Part shown: positions 1 through 7,050 of the stretch, in pieces
How positions within the stretch are numbered: position 1 is the first letter of the stretch
How the letters are laid out: the number at the start of each line of letters is the position of its first letter
DNA from: a virus
Taxonomy: Duplodnaviria; Caudoviricetes
Virus record (IMG/VR): IMGVR_UViG_3300038379_000228
Coordinates: 1 to 28,744 of that record
Reading direction: 5' to 3' (one strand)
DNA: 28,744 nt
The notes under the pieces: generated by a model
Seen by the model: only the letters and a program-made list of their open reading frames with translations
Databases searched by the model: none
Told to the model about the DNA's origin: nothing
Program-made: the position numbers and the translations under genes

Positions 1-96
1 GTCGATATCAAAGCTATCGGCGCCGTCCTCGATCTCGATGACACGGCTCTCCATGACTACGCCGGGGGCGTTCTCCAGAGTGACTGTGATGTTCAT
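1..96 (-). CDS. hypothetical protein, 5' part (runs off left edge)
   Basis: ATG at 96 preceded by GGAGAAA SD; open frame MNITVTLENAPGVVMESRVIEIEDGADSFDID to the window edge. Confidence 0.6.
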   Translation of the reverse strand, partial: MNITVTLENAPGVVMESRVIEIEDGADSFDID

Positions 97-268
97 GTGG
101 TTTCTCCATTTCCGTAGCCGACCATCTGGACGCGAGCCATGTTGACCAGACACTTGAACGGATTGGCAAGCCCGAGCCTCCCCACGCGGTTCAGCAGCAC
201 CCACTGCGCGGCGTGATAGCCGAGACGCGGAAATAATTGGTTCGGCCCACGCCGCAGTAGTTAGCCAC
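93..268 (-). pseudogene. possible frameshifted or deleted gene remnant
   Basis: GTG at 268 gives MANYCGVGRTNYFRV, stopping at 191; a second frame without a start (..LGYHAAQWVLLNR..GETT*) ends in an ATGA overlap with the next gene at 93-96. Confidence 0.3.
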
Positions 269-273
269 GGCAA

Positions 274-777
274 TCAGTCCAGAATGCGGTACAAGGTCCG
301 CGCCTCGGGGTGCTGGTGGGCGTACTCCATCAACCCGGTATATTCGTATACAAGCCGGTCATATACCCGCGTGTTGTCCTGAAACCGGAACAGCAGGTGA
401 TTGACGGCGAGGATCGTCAGGGCGAGGCCCGCCGCCTCGCGGCTGATCCGGCCCCCGTCGAAGCAGGAGACTTCCGAGGGCCGCCAGTCGTAGGCCCCGG
501 TCTGGATCGGCTCATCGCCGGCGCAGGCCGAGACCGGGCCAACTGGCGGGATCATGAAGCCAGCGCCCGAGGGCGTCTCCGCGAAGTCCCACACGCCGCC
601 GTGGTAGCCGTCGAGGTAGCGATCCGCGTAGGCGTAGATCAGGCTCTCCACGCGGATCATGGCGACCTGCGTGAAGTGATTGGGCAGGAACGCCATCCGG
701 CGCGGGTGCTCGGGTCCGATGATGACAAGACCCGGCTGCATGGCGGACAGCGGAACAGGCTTCAATACGGCATTCAT
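274..777 (-). CDS. ardB: antirestriction protein, ArdB/KlcA family
   Basis: Motifs RMAFLP..F, E..IY, YxGGxWxF, GAGFMIP, SREAAGLALT, EYAxQHPEA..LYRILD match the family; start reassigned to ATG 777 with AAGGAGG SD (167 aa). Confidence 0.85.
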   Translation of the reverse strand: MNAVLKPVPLSAMQPGLVIIGPEHPRRMAFLPNHFTQVAMIRVESLIYAYADRYLDGYHGGVWDFAETPSGAGFMIPPVGPVSACAGDEPIQTGAYDWRPSEVSCFDGGRISREAAGLALTILAVNHLLFRFQDNTRVYDRLVYEYTGLMEYAHQHPEARTLYRILD

Positions 778-781
778 GGGG

Positions 782-842
782 GCCTCCTTGGGCATGTGTG
801 AGTGTGCAAGTTCCTTATACTCGCGTTTCTGAGCATGTGCAA
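782..842 (-). promoter_or_regulatory. sigma70-type promoter with conserved leader, driving ardB (cassette copy 1)
   Basis: Minus strand TTGCAC (842-837), 17 bp, TATAAG (819-814), then GAACTTGCACACTCACACATGCCCAAGGAGG. Confidence 0.75.
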
Positions 843-846
843 GGAC

Positions 847-908
847 TTTACACAAGGCGGGGACAGGCGTATAAGGGAGACGCACATTCACCACCCGGAG
901 GGCACACC
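847..908 (+). promoter_or_regulatory. sigma70-type promoter with leader, divergent from copy 1 (copy 2)
   Basis: TTTACA (847-852), 17 bp, TATAAG (870-875), then GCACATTCA and GGAGG SD. Confidence 0.75.
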
Positions 909-1127
909 ATGCCAGCAACCAAGCGCGAGCCTGCCAATGCGTTCTACCTGCGGCAGTTGCATCCCCTTATCGGTCAGCGCGTCAAGGCGACGATCACCGA
1001 CGCCGACGGCGAGTTCTTCGGCCTGTCGTTCGTGGACGCAGACGGCAGGGAAACCCTGCTGTGGTTGCAAAATGACGACGAGGGCAACGGACCTGGCAGC
1101 TTCACGATGGAGGAACATACATCATGA
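909..1127 (+). CDS. hypothetical protein (72 aa)
   Basis: ATG 909 with GGAGG SD downstream of promoter; ATGA overlap with next gene. Confidence 0.75.
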   Translation: MPATKREPANAFYLRQLHPLIGQRVKATITDADGEFFGLSFVDADGRETLLWLQNDDEGNGPGSFTMEEHTS

Positions 1128-1645
1128 ATCCCGAACAGGGCGCGCAATTGCTGGCCGTGGTCAAGGCGCTGCTGCCGTTGGCCGAGTGCGAGGCCGAGGG
1201 CCGTTGCGCGCTGGTGGACAGCATCGAGGCCGAGACCGATGCGAAGGATGCGACCCGCATCTGCACCGACGCGCAGGCCATCATTGCCCGCATCGAAGGC
1301 CCGCAGCCGAAACTGCCGACCGATTGGGTATGCCCGACCTGCGGCAGTGACGAGATTCAGACCCCCGCATGGGTGTGGCTGAATACTGGCGTGGACACCT
1401 GTGACGAGGGGCCGGTGTCGGGTTACTACTGCATTCAATGCGAGGAATTGTTCGGGGAGGGGCACATCACGACCGTGGTAGCGCGGAGCGTGTACGAGGG
1501 CGAGCGTGACGAGCGCCCGCGTTGCTGGCATTGCGACGGCACCGGATTTGAGCCCGGTGGCCGCGATGGGGACACCTGCAATCTGTGCTTCGGATCAAGG
1601 ATGCAGCCCCCATCCTCATGTCGCGCGGAGGGCGCAACACCATGA
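1124..1645 (+). CDS. multi-CxxC zinc-finger protein with DnaJ-type CxxCxGxG C-terminus
   Basis: CPTC, CIQC, CWHCDGTG, CNLCFGS; GGAGG SD; coupled to neighbours. Confidence 0.75.
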   Translation: MNPEQGAQLLAVVKALLPLAECEAEGRCALVDSIEAETDAKDATRICTDAQAIIARIEGPQPKLPTDWVCPTCGSDEIQTPAWVWLNTGVDTCDEGPVSGYYCIQCEELFGEGHITTVVARSVYEGERDERPRCWHCDGTGFEPGGRDGDTCNLCFGSRMQPPSSCRAEGATP

Positions 1646-1794
1646 ATCACGATAGCCTGCCAACGTGCTGCTGCCATCGCTGCCTCGTCAAGAAGGGGTA
1701 CCGCACGGAATTGAGCCTGACCCGCTTGCAGGTCGCCGCCATTGTCGTGCTGCTGGCCGTGTGCATCGTGGTCCGCTTCGTGACCGTGTACTAA
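1642..1794 (+). CDS. small membrane protein (50 aa)
   Basis: ATG 1642 (ATGA overlap, GGAGG SD); hydrophobic C-terminus VAAIVVLLAVCIVVRFV. Confidence 0.6.
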   Translation: MNHDSLPTCCCHRCLVKKGYRTELSLTRLQVAAIVVLLAVCIVVRFVTVY

Positions 1795-1816
1795 ATTGCC
1801 CGTGGGGGCGTGTGCG

Positions 1817-1848
1817 GGGGCGGCGCCCGTGGCCGCCCCTTTTCTTTT
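1817..1848 (+). terminator. rho-independent terminator
   Basis: GGGGCGGC/GCCGCCCC stem followed by TTTTCTTTT. Confidence 0.8.
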
Positions 1849-1898
1849 CCCGAGCCGTGGTGTATAAAGAAATTGCACACTCATCCATGGAGCACACC
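1840..1898 (+). promoter_or_regulatory. promoter with conserved leader (copy 3), overlapping the terminator U-tract
   Basis: TTTTCT, 17 bp, TATAAA (1863-1868), then GAAATTGCACACTCA and GGAG SD. Confidence 0.65.
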
Positions 1899-2165
1899 AT
1901 GAGCACCGACACACAGACCCCGCTCACCGACGCGGCGCTTTTCAATCATTCCGAGAAAACGCGCATTGCCTCGCTTGAAGTAGTCGCCGCCGTTGCCGAA
2001 GTCTCGCGCCGTCTTGAGCGCGACCGCGCCGAATTGATCGCGGCGCTGGCCAAGTGCGTGACCGACAATCCGGGGTCCGCTTGCTTCAACACTGGCCGCA
2101 AAACCCGCCGCTTGGAAGCAATCAATGAGACCGTCAGCGCCGCGCTCGCACGGGTGCAGTCATGA
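1899..2165 (+). CDS. hypothetical protein (88 aa)
   Basis: ATG 1899 after GGAG and the promoter cassette; helical LERDRAELIAALAKC segment. Confidence 0.7.
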   Translation: MSTDTQTPLTDAALFNHSEKTRIASLEVVAAVAEVSRRLERDRAELIAALAKCVTDNPGSACFNTGRKTRRLEAINETVSAALARVQS

Positions 2166-2371
2166 CCCGGCTAATTAACAGCGAAGAATTCTACCGTGAC
2201 TTAGGTCGCAAAGCCGGCCGCGCGATGCGGCAAGGCGACGCCGGCATGTACCGGCAGATACGCGACCTATTTTTTCAACGCGCGCGCGACTTGGAAGGCA
2301 AAGAGTGGCGCGGGCATATAGTCGCGGCCTATGAATCAGGATACGCCGAAACTGGCAAGGTGCGGTCATGA
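2162..2371 (+). CDS. hypothetical protein
   Basis: ATGA-coupled at both ends. Confidence 0.65.
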   Translation: MTRLINSEEFYRDLGRKAGRAMRQGDAGMYRQIRDLFFQRARDLEGKEWRGHIVAAYESGYAETGKVRS

Positions 2372-2856
2372 CAACCGACACACCCGGCGCAGCCAAGCGC
2401 CAGACGCGCGCGGTGACGGGCGCTTCATTGCATGACGATGCACGCATCGTCGCCATCCTGGCCCTGTTGCGCGATGCGGACTCGGCCCTGTCCGCGTACA
2501 TGATCGACGAATGCGAGGATACATTCGACGAATTGCCGGAAGCGGACGGCGCGCGCGAATTGGTGCTGGAAGCGATAGACCTGCTGGAAGGAAAGCCGGT
2601 CGTGGATCACGAGGACGAGGCAATCAGGGCGGCGGACCTGCTAAACGAATGCCTGTCCGCGTTGAACGATGCGCGCGGGTTCGGGTACGCCCACGACAGC
2701 GAACGGCGCCGCAGTTACGACCTTGCCGCGAAGATCGAGCGCCATCTGATTGAAGCGGGCCGCGCCCCGCCGTATCTGCAACACCGGCACGACTACGGGC
2801 GCAGCCTGAGACAGCGCAAAGCCGAGACTGACGGAAAATCGACGCGAAGCACCTAG
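2368..2856 (+). CDS. hypothetical acidic helical protein
   Basis: ATGA-coupled ORF with phage-like codon use. Confidence 0.65.
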   Translation: MTTDTPGAAKRQTRAVTGASLHDDARIVAILALLRDADSALSAYMIDECEDTFDELPEADGARELVLEAIDLLEGKPVVDHEDEAIRAADLLNECLSALNDARGFGYAHDSERRRSYDLAAKIERHLIEAGRAPPYLQHRHDYGRSLRQRKAETDGKSTRST

Positions 2857-2885
2857 CAAGCTCACAGTCCCGTCAGGTCGAGGCA

Positions 2886-2952
2886 GGGGCGCAGGTCGCA
2901 AGGCTTGCGCCCCGTTCTCATGCCGTGTATAAAGCAATTGCACACACTCACA
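2886..2952 (+). repeat. 67-bp direct repeat, left copy: terminator hairpin + promoter + leader (copy 4)
   Basis: Identical to 3483-3549; stem GGGGCGCAGGTC-GCAA-GGCTTGCGCCCC; TTGCGC (2905-2910), 17 bp, TATAAA (2928-2933); GCAATTGCACACACTCACA. Confidence 0.95.
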
Positions 2953-2976
2953 ACATGCCCACGGAGGCACACGGCC

Positions 2977-3462
2977 ATGAATCTCACGCTCTACTGCAAG
3001 CACGGCAACCGCTACCGTCCTGCCGATATGACCGCGGTCTATGCAGCGGTCCGCGAGGTGGCGCAGCAAGACTTCAACGCCACGCGCCCGCTGCTGGCGA
3101 GTCCGACGGCGTCAAGGGATTTTCTGCGGCAACGCATGATCGGGCTGGAACACGAGGTATTCCTAGTCGTGTTCCTAGACAGCCGGCACCGAGTCATCGA
3201 ATGCCGCGAAATGTTCCGTGGCACGGTGGACGGGGCGAGCGTCCATCCGCGCGAGGTCGTCAAGGAGGCGCTGCGGCTGAATGCCTGCGCCGTGATCGTC
3301 GCGCACAATCATCCGTCTGGCATCGCGGATCCGAGTCAGGCCGACGAGGTCATTACCACCCATCTGCGGGACGCCTTGGGCTTGGTCGAGATACGCCTGC
3401 TGGATCACCTGATCGTCGGCGGCGACAAGGTGACGAGTCTTGCCGAGAAGGGCTTGATCTGA
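2977..3462 (+). CDS. radC: RadC-family JAB domain protein
   Basis: E.FLVVFLD, FRGTVDGASVHPREVVKEAL, AHNHPSG..DPSQAD, LLDHLIVG; start reassigned to ATG 2977 (GGAGG SD). Confidence 0.95.
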   Translation: MNLTLYCKHGNRYRPADMTAVYAAVREVAQQDFNATRPLLASPTASRDFLRQRMIGLEHEVFLVVFLDSRHRVIECREMFRGTVDGASVHPREVVKEALRLNACAVIVAHNHPSGIADPSQADEVITTHLRDALGLVEIRLLDHLIVGGDKVTSLAEKGLI

Positions 3463-3482
3463 TCCTGACGAGGGCGGCAACC

Positions 3483-3549
3483 GGGGCGCAGGTCGCAAGG
3501 CTTGCGCCCCGTTCTCATGCCGTGTATAAAGCAATTGCACACACTCACA
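3483..3549 (+). repeat. 67-bp direct repeat, right copy: terminator hairpin + promoter + leader (copy 5)
   Basis: Identical to 2886-2952; TTGCGC (3502-3507), 17 bp, TATAAA (3525-3530). Confidence 0.95.
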
Positions 3550-3569
3550 CAACCCACAAGGGGACGACC

Positions 3570-3806
3570 ATGGATGAACAGGAATACAGCGATTATCTGG
3601 ATCACAGCAATGAGTGGATCATGGAAGGCATGAGTGGCCGCGCGTGGGATGACGAGGACGACCTGATCGACGGCGTGGGCTTCGCCGATCCGGGCGGCAA
3701 CAGTGCGCTGCGTGCCGCGACCCGCCGCAACCCGCGCAACCTGCCGTGCCCGACCTGCAAGGCGCCCAATCGCCTGACGCCTGCCGACCGCGCGCGCGGC
3801 TACTGA
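3570..3806 (+). CDS. hypothetical protein with acidic N-terminus and single CxxC
   Basis: ATG 3570 with AAGGGG SD after promoter copy 5; MDEQEYSDY..LPCPTC..RARGY*. Confidence 0.7.
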   Translation: MDEQEYSDYLDHSNEWIMEGMSGRAWDDEDDLIDGVGFADPGGNSALRAATRRNPRNLPCPTCKAPNRLTPADRARGY

Positions 3807-3833
3807 CAGAACAGAACCAAGGAGCAACGCACC

Positions 3834-4244
3834 ATGGACTTTATCGACATTGCCAAGAAGCACGGCTTGTACGTCGGCGCCGCCCGGTTCACGCAACCCG
3901 GCTATGTGTGTCTCGGCCAGTACCGCAGCGGCGAGACGGCCATCGAGATACTCGGCGAGGACGGCGAGCCGCAGGCGACTGCGAGCGTGGCGCTCGCGCC
4001 CTACGGCGCCCGCGTCACCGGCCCCGGCTACGTCTGGCTCAAGGGATGGAGCGAGAACGAGGGCCTGCCGGAGGCGCTGGTACAGGCTGGCATCGTGCGC
4101 CTGACCGGGCGCGTCCACGCGACTGGCTTCGTCGAGGCGTTGGAGGCCGAGGTCATCGGCAAGGCGCGCGAGGTACTGGCCTGTCAGCGCGGCGAGCGCG
4201 CCCGCGCGGGTAGTGACATCAGCACTGCAGGAGCGGTAGCATGA
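3834..4244 (+). CDS. DUF4313-like hypothetical protein
   Basis: AAGGAG SD; pattern Y..G..AI....DGEP.ATASV..WSENEGL..AL...GI...TG....GFV resembles DUF4313 (recalled, not searched). Confidence 0.65.
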   Translation: MDFIDIAKKHGLYVGAARFTQPGYVCLGQYRSGETAIEILGEDGEPQATASVALAPYGARVTGPGYVWLKGWSENEGLPEALVQAGIVRLTGRVHATGFVEALEAEVIGKAREVLACQRGERARAGSDISTAGAVA

Positions 4245-4522
4245 ACACCGCGAGCAAGAGAGACTTTCTGGAACGCACCAACAACGGGACCAGCTTCGTG
4301 GGCAGCGATATAAACATCTATCGCTGCCATGTGGTCGCCTTGGCCCTGCGCCTGTACGCCAAGACCGGCATGAAGGCGAACCGCGCCTACACCCCGACCG
4401 CGATGCTGCGGGTCGCCATGGAGGAAACCGGCGAGCGGTTCACCGGCAAGGACAAGTACCTGCGCGCTGCCGACGCGCTCGACGCCAAGGCCCACGCGGC
4501 GAAGGAGAGGCCGTGCACATGA
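4241..4522 (+). CDS. hypothetical protein
   Basis: AGGAG SD, ATGA coupling. Confidence 0.7.
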   Translation: MNTASKRDFLERTNNGTSFVGSDINIYRCHVVALALRLYAKTGMKANRAYTPTAMLRVAMEETGERFTGKDKYLRAADALDAKAHAAKERPCT

Positions 4523-4725
4523 GCACCCCCGACACCCGCCACGGTCGCCTGCCGATCTTGGGCATCACATGGACGGGCTTCGCCACGCTGGCCGAGGCGA
4601 CGGCATTCGCCGCATGGGCGGAACGCTCAATCAGGCACGACCGGCACCCGTGCGAGGCGTTCATCGAGCGCCGCCACGACATGCCGTCCGAGGGGCGCTA
4701 CGAGGTCAAAGTCAGGAACTGGTAA
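4519..4725 (+). CDS. hypothetical protein
   Basis: ATG 4519 in ATGA overlap (GTG 4513 alternative), AAGGAG SD. Confidence 0.65.
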   Translation: MSTPDTRHGRLPILGITWTGFATLAEATAFAAWAERSIRHDRHPCEAFIERRHDMPSEGRYEVKVRNW

Positions 4726-4731
4726 GCGGGC

Positions 4732-4767
4732 GGGGGCGGGGGAACCCCAAGGGCAATCCCCGCCCCC
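4732..4767 (+). terminator. GC-rich hairpin closing the early operon (no U-tract)
   Basis: GGGGGCGGGG ... CCCCGCCCCC 10-bp inverted repeat just after the stop at 4725. Confidence 0.5.
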
Positions 4768-4828
4768 CGAAGGGTCCATGGCATGGCAGACTGGACCCTG
4801 ATAAGGCTATCGGATACGGTCTATCCTC

Positions 4829-5596
4829 ATGACCACCCAAGCCAACCCCACAAGCTCGCTTCAGGTAAGCACCCCTCTGAGCCTGCCTCCATTCAAGACC
4901 CCTCGCCCCGTAGAGTTAAACGAGCAACAGGCAACCTTTTGCAAGTGGTATGCCTTGATCGGCAAGGGAAAAGAGGCAGCACTCAAGGCCGGATACTCCC
5001 TGCTGAATGCAAAGAATCAGAGCACGGGGCTGAAGAAACGAGAGACTGTCCGAACCTACATCCGCGCCCTGCAAAACGAGCTTGCGACGGGTCAGACTGT
5101 CGGCGCTGTCTCGCGCGAGTGGGTCGTGGACCAGTATCGCGGCATGGCCGAGGTTCGCGGGGATCAATTCACCACGGTTGAGAACGGGATTACGCGGTAC
5201 AAGCGGCCCGATGAATTGACCGAGGTCCAGCGGCTTGCCGTGCGCGAGGTCAGGATCGCCCACGTCAAGGCGACGTACAGCAAGGAAGGCGACCTGCTAT
5301 CCCCGGCTCATGACGTGGTGACCGGCTACGATCTGTACGATGCACACGACGCTCTCGTCGCCTTGCGCCAGCTTGAAGGCATGGACCGGCAGAAGGTTCA
5401 GGTCGATCACACACACCGCCACAATCACCGGGTCGCAGGCCTGTTCAAGTTCGTGGCCGAGCGCCAGATCACATCAGAAACAACCGCGCGCCTACGTGCT
5501 CGACACGGGAATGCTGGCGCTCGCGTCATAGAGCACGAGCCGCAGGCGCCGATGCTGGCTGATCAACGCGCCCTGCGCGTACTGAAGGGCGTGTGA
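4829..5596 (+). CDS. terS: terminase small subunit
   Basis: LNEQQATFCKWY..G.GKEAALKAGYS..A..Q..L....VR.YI helix-turn-helix N-terminus; C-terminal V.H.H motif; upstream of TerL. Confidence 0.85.
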   Translation: MTTQANPTSSLQVSTPLSLPPFKTPRPVELNEQQATFCKWYALIGKGKEAALKAGYSLLNAKNQSTGLKKRETVRTYIRALQNELATGQTVGAVSREWVVDQYRGMAEVRGDQFTTVENGITRYKRPDELTEVQRLAVREVRIAHVKATYSKEGDLLSPAHDVVTGYDLYDAHDALVALRQLEGMDRQKVQVDHTHRHNHRVAGLFKFVAERQITSETTARLRARHGNAGARVIEHEPQAPMLADQRALRVLKGV

Positions 5597-5834
5597 CATG
5601 CGGCGCATCACGCAATGCAATGCGTCACCCCCGCCACCGGCCCACCCGGCCACTCACGAGGTACCCCTGCCGGCATCCGGGCATGCCGCAACCCGCGCGC
5701 CCGGAAGTGAAGAATCATTAATTCCACCCCCTCCCGCCGCAATTTTTTTTTGCCGCCACAGAACATTTTTTTTTTGGCGCGGCAGAGAAATTGCGTTTTG
5801 ACCAGGATTTTTCCCGCATCTTCGGAGACAAGTC

Positions 5835-6194
5835 ATGACAACGCTCGACAATCCGAAATATGCCCGTGGTGGGATCACCGACTATCGCAACTATCTGAAG
5901 CGGGTAGCCCTGGTATTTCGCTGGCGTGAGGACATGCCGTCGATCCAGTTGGCCGAGTGGGCTGAGGCGAAGTTGCCGCCTGGGGTGTACCGGGTGCGTT
6001 ACGACAATGATGCCGACCATTTCGAGATCCAGGGCGGGGAGCTCGGGCCGGGGGCGCTGGTTGCGATCTGGCCGAAGCCTGGGTTGCTGCTCGAGGTGCC
6101 TGTGCCGATCTCGTACCGGGTCGATGAAGCGCGGCCGCCGCCCCTGGAAGGGGAGGTCACCGAGAATCCGCTGCTGCAGGGGACAGTGCTGTGA
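5835..6194 (+). CDS. hypothetical protein
   Basis: GGAGA SD; first gene of a coupled series. Confidence 0.65.
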   Translation: MTTLDNPKYARGGITDYRNYLKRVALVFRWREDMPSIQLAEWAEAKLPPGVYRVRYDNDADHFEIQGGELGPGALVAIWPKPGLLLEVPVPISYRVDEARPPPLEGEVTENPLLQGTVL

Positions 6195-6316
6195 ATCCTT
6201 GGTGGGCGCTCATCGCCGGCGCCGGCCTTGGCCTGGCGATCCTGTACCTGCTCATGCAGGCGTTCATCGGCATCCTCGATGCGCTGCTCGGCTGGTTTTC
6301 GGACCGCAACCCATGA
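6191..6316 (+). CDS. small membrane protein (41 aa, not in ORF track)
   Basis: GTGA overlap; MNPWWALIAGAGLGLAILYLLMQAFIGILDALLGWFSDRNP*; ATGA overlap with next gene. Confidence 0.6.
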   Translation: MNPWWALIAGAGLGLAILYLLMQAFIGILDALLGWFSDRNP

Positions 6317-6492
6317 ATCAATTCAAGCCGGATTTTGGATGGCTCTGGGTTCTCGTCCTTGCACTGGTCGTGTTTTCCTTTGTCGGCTTCATGGCGTGGC
6401 GCAGCATCCGGTTCCATGATGCCTGTCGCGCCGCCGGCGGGGTGCCGCTGCGCATGGTGTGTCTCAGCCCGGACGTGGTGATCCGCCCATGA
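6313..6492 (+). CDS. small membrane protein (59 aa)
   Basis: MNQFKPDFGWLWVLVLALVVFSFVGFMAW..C...GG....C; coupled at both ends. Confidence 0.65.
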   Translation: MNQFKPDFGWLWVLVLALVVFSFVGFMAWRSIRFHDACRAAGGVPLRMVCLSPDVVIRP

Positions 6493-6689
6493 TCCGGTAC
6501 CAGTACTGCTGCATCGACGTGCATGGGGCCATCCCGGAAGACGAGTCTGCCTATCTTGAGACTGCAATCGACCGTAAGGTCGCCGACGACTGGCGATTGC
6601 ACTCGATCGTCGTGTTGATGCCGGTCGATCATACCAGCCGGCACTTGCTGGTTTTCGAGCGTGAGCTGACTGACGGGGTGCGTGCATGA
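6489..6689 (+). CDS. hypothetical protein (DUF4177-like pattern)
   Basis: MIRYQY..W.L.S..LLVFERE; ATGA coupling. Confidence 0.6.
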   Translation: MIRYQYCCIDVHGAIPEDESAYLETAIDRKVADDWRLHSIVVLMPVDHTSRHLLVFERELTDGVRA

Positions 6690-6841
6690 GCGTGCCAGAG
6701 AGAGCCTGTATTTCTGACTCGCGATACTCGCAACCTGTGCAACCTGGGGCAAAAAGGTTATCAATTCACCGTTTTTGTGTCGAAAAACACCTGTTTTGCA
6801 CGTTTTCCAGCGAGTGTCGATTGCAGACTGGAACGATATGA
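6686..6841 (+). CDS. possible 51-aa ORF
   Basis: MSVPERACISD..QTGTI*; ATGA overlaps at both ends but atypical AT-rich codon use. Confidence 0.3.
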   Translation: MSVPERACISDSRYSQPVQPGAKRLSIHRFCVEKHLFCTFSSECRLQTGTI

Positions 6842-7050
6842 GCGCGCCCAAGCTGACCGCGGTTCCGACCCAAGAACCTGTGCCGACCTTTGGCGGGAGC
6901 GGAGAGCCGTGCCCGACCTGTTTCGGGAATGGCACCGTAGTCGCCGTCGATATCCGTCACGGCATTCGTATCGAGAGCCAGGTGGTGTGCTGGAACTGCA
7001 CCGGCAGCGGGGTGGATCTTAACCCGCCGCTCGGTGACGCCACGCGATGA
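6838..7050 (+). CDS. DnaJ-type zinc-finger protein
   Basis: CPTCFGNG and CWNCTGSG; ATGA overlap with terL. Confidence 0.7.
   Translation: MSAPKLTAVPTQEPVPTFGGSGEPCPTCFGNGTVVAVDIRHGIRIESQVVCWNCTGSGVDLNPPLGDATR

Noticed and set aside
2886-3549. CRISPR array or IS terminal repeats
   Set aside because: Only two exact copies, 67 bp long and about 600 bp apart with a full gene between; direct orientation; no cas or transposase gene
782-3549. Integron attC cassettes
   Set aside because: No GTTRRRY/RYYYAAC core sites and no integrase in the window; the repeats are explained as terminator + promoter
2925-3806. 293-aa ORF overlapping radC
   Set aside because: The 5' two-thirds is an Arg-rich shadow frame crossing the repeat; only 3570-3806 has an SD and promoter
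3798-3836. TGA readthrough restoring the zinc ribbon
   Set aside because: Sequence after the stop encodes no Cys and reads as an AC-rich leader with SD for the next gene
5598-5801. 67-aa ORF after terS
   Set aside because: Crosses homopolymer tracts, no SD, low-complexity product
6191-6492. Holin or spanin call for the small membrane genes
   Set aside because: No adjacent endolysin and no lipobox; function unsupported
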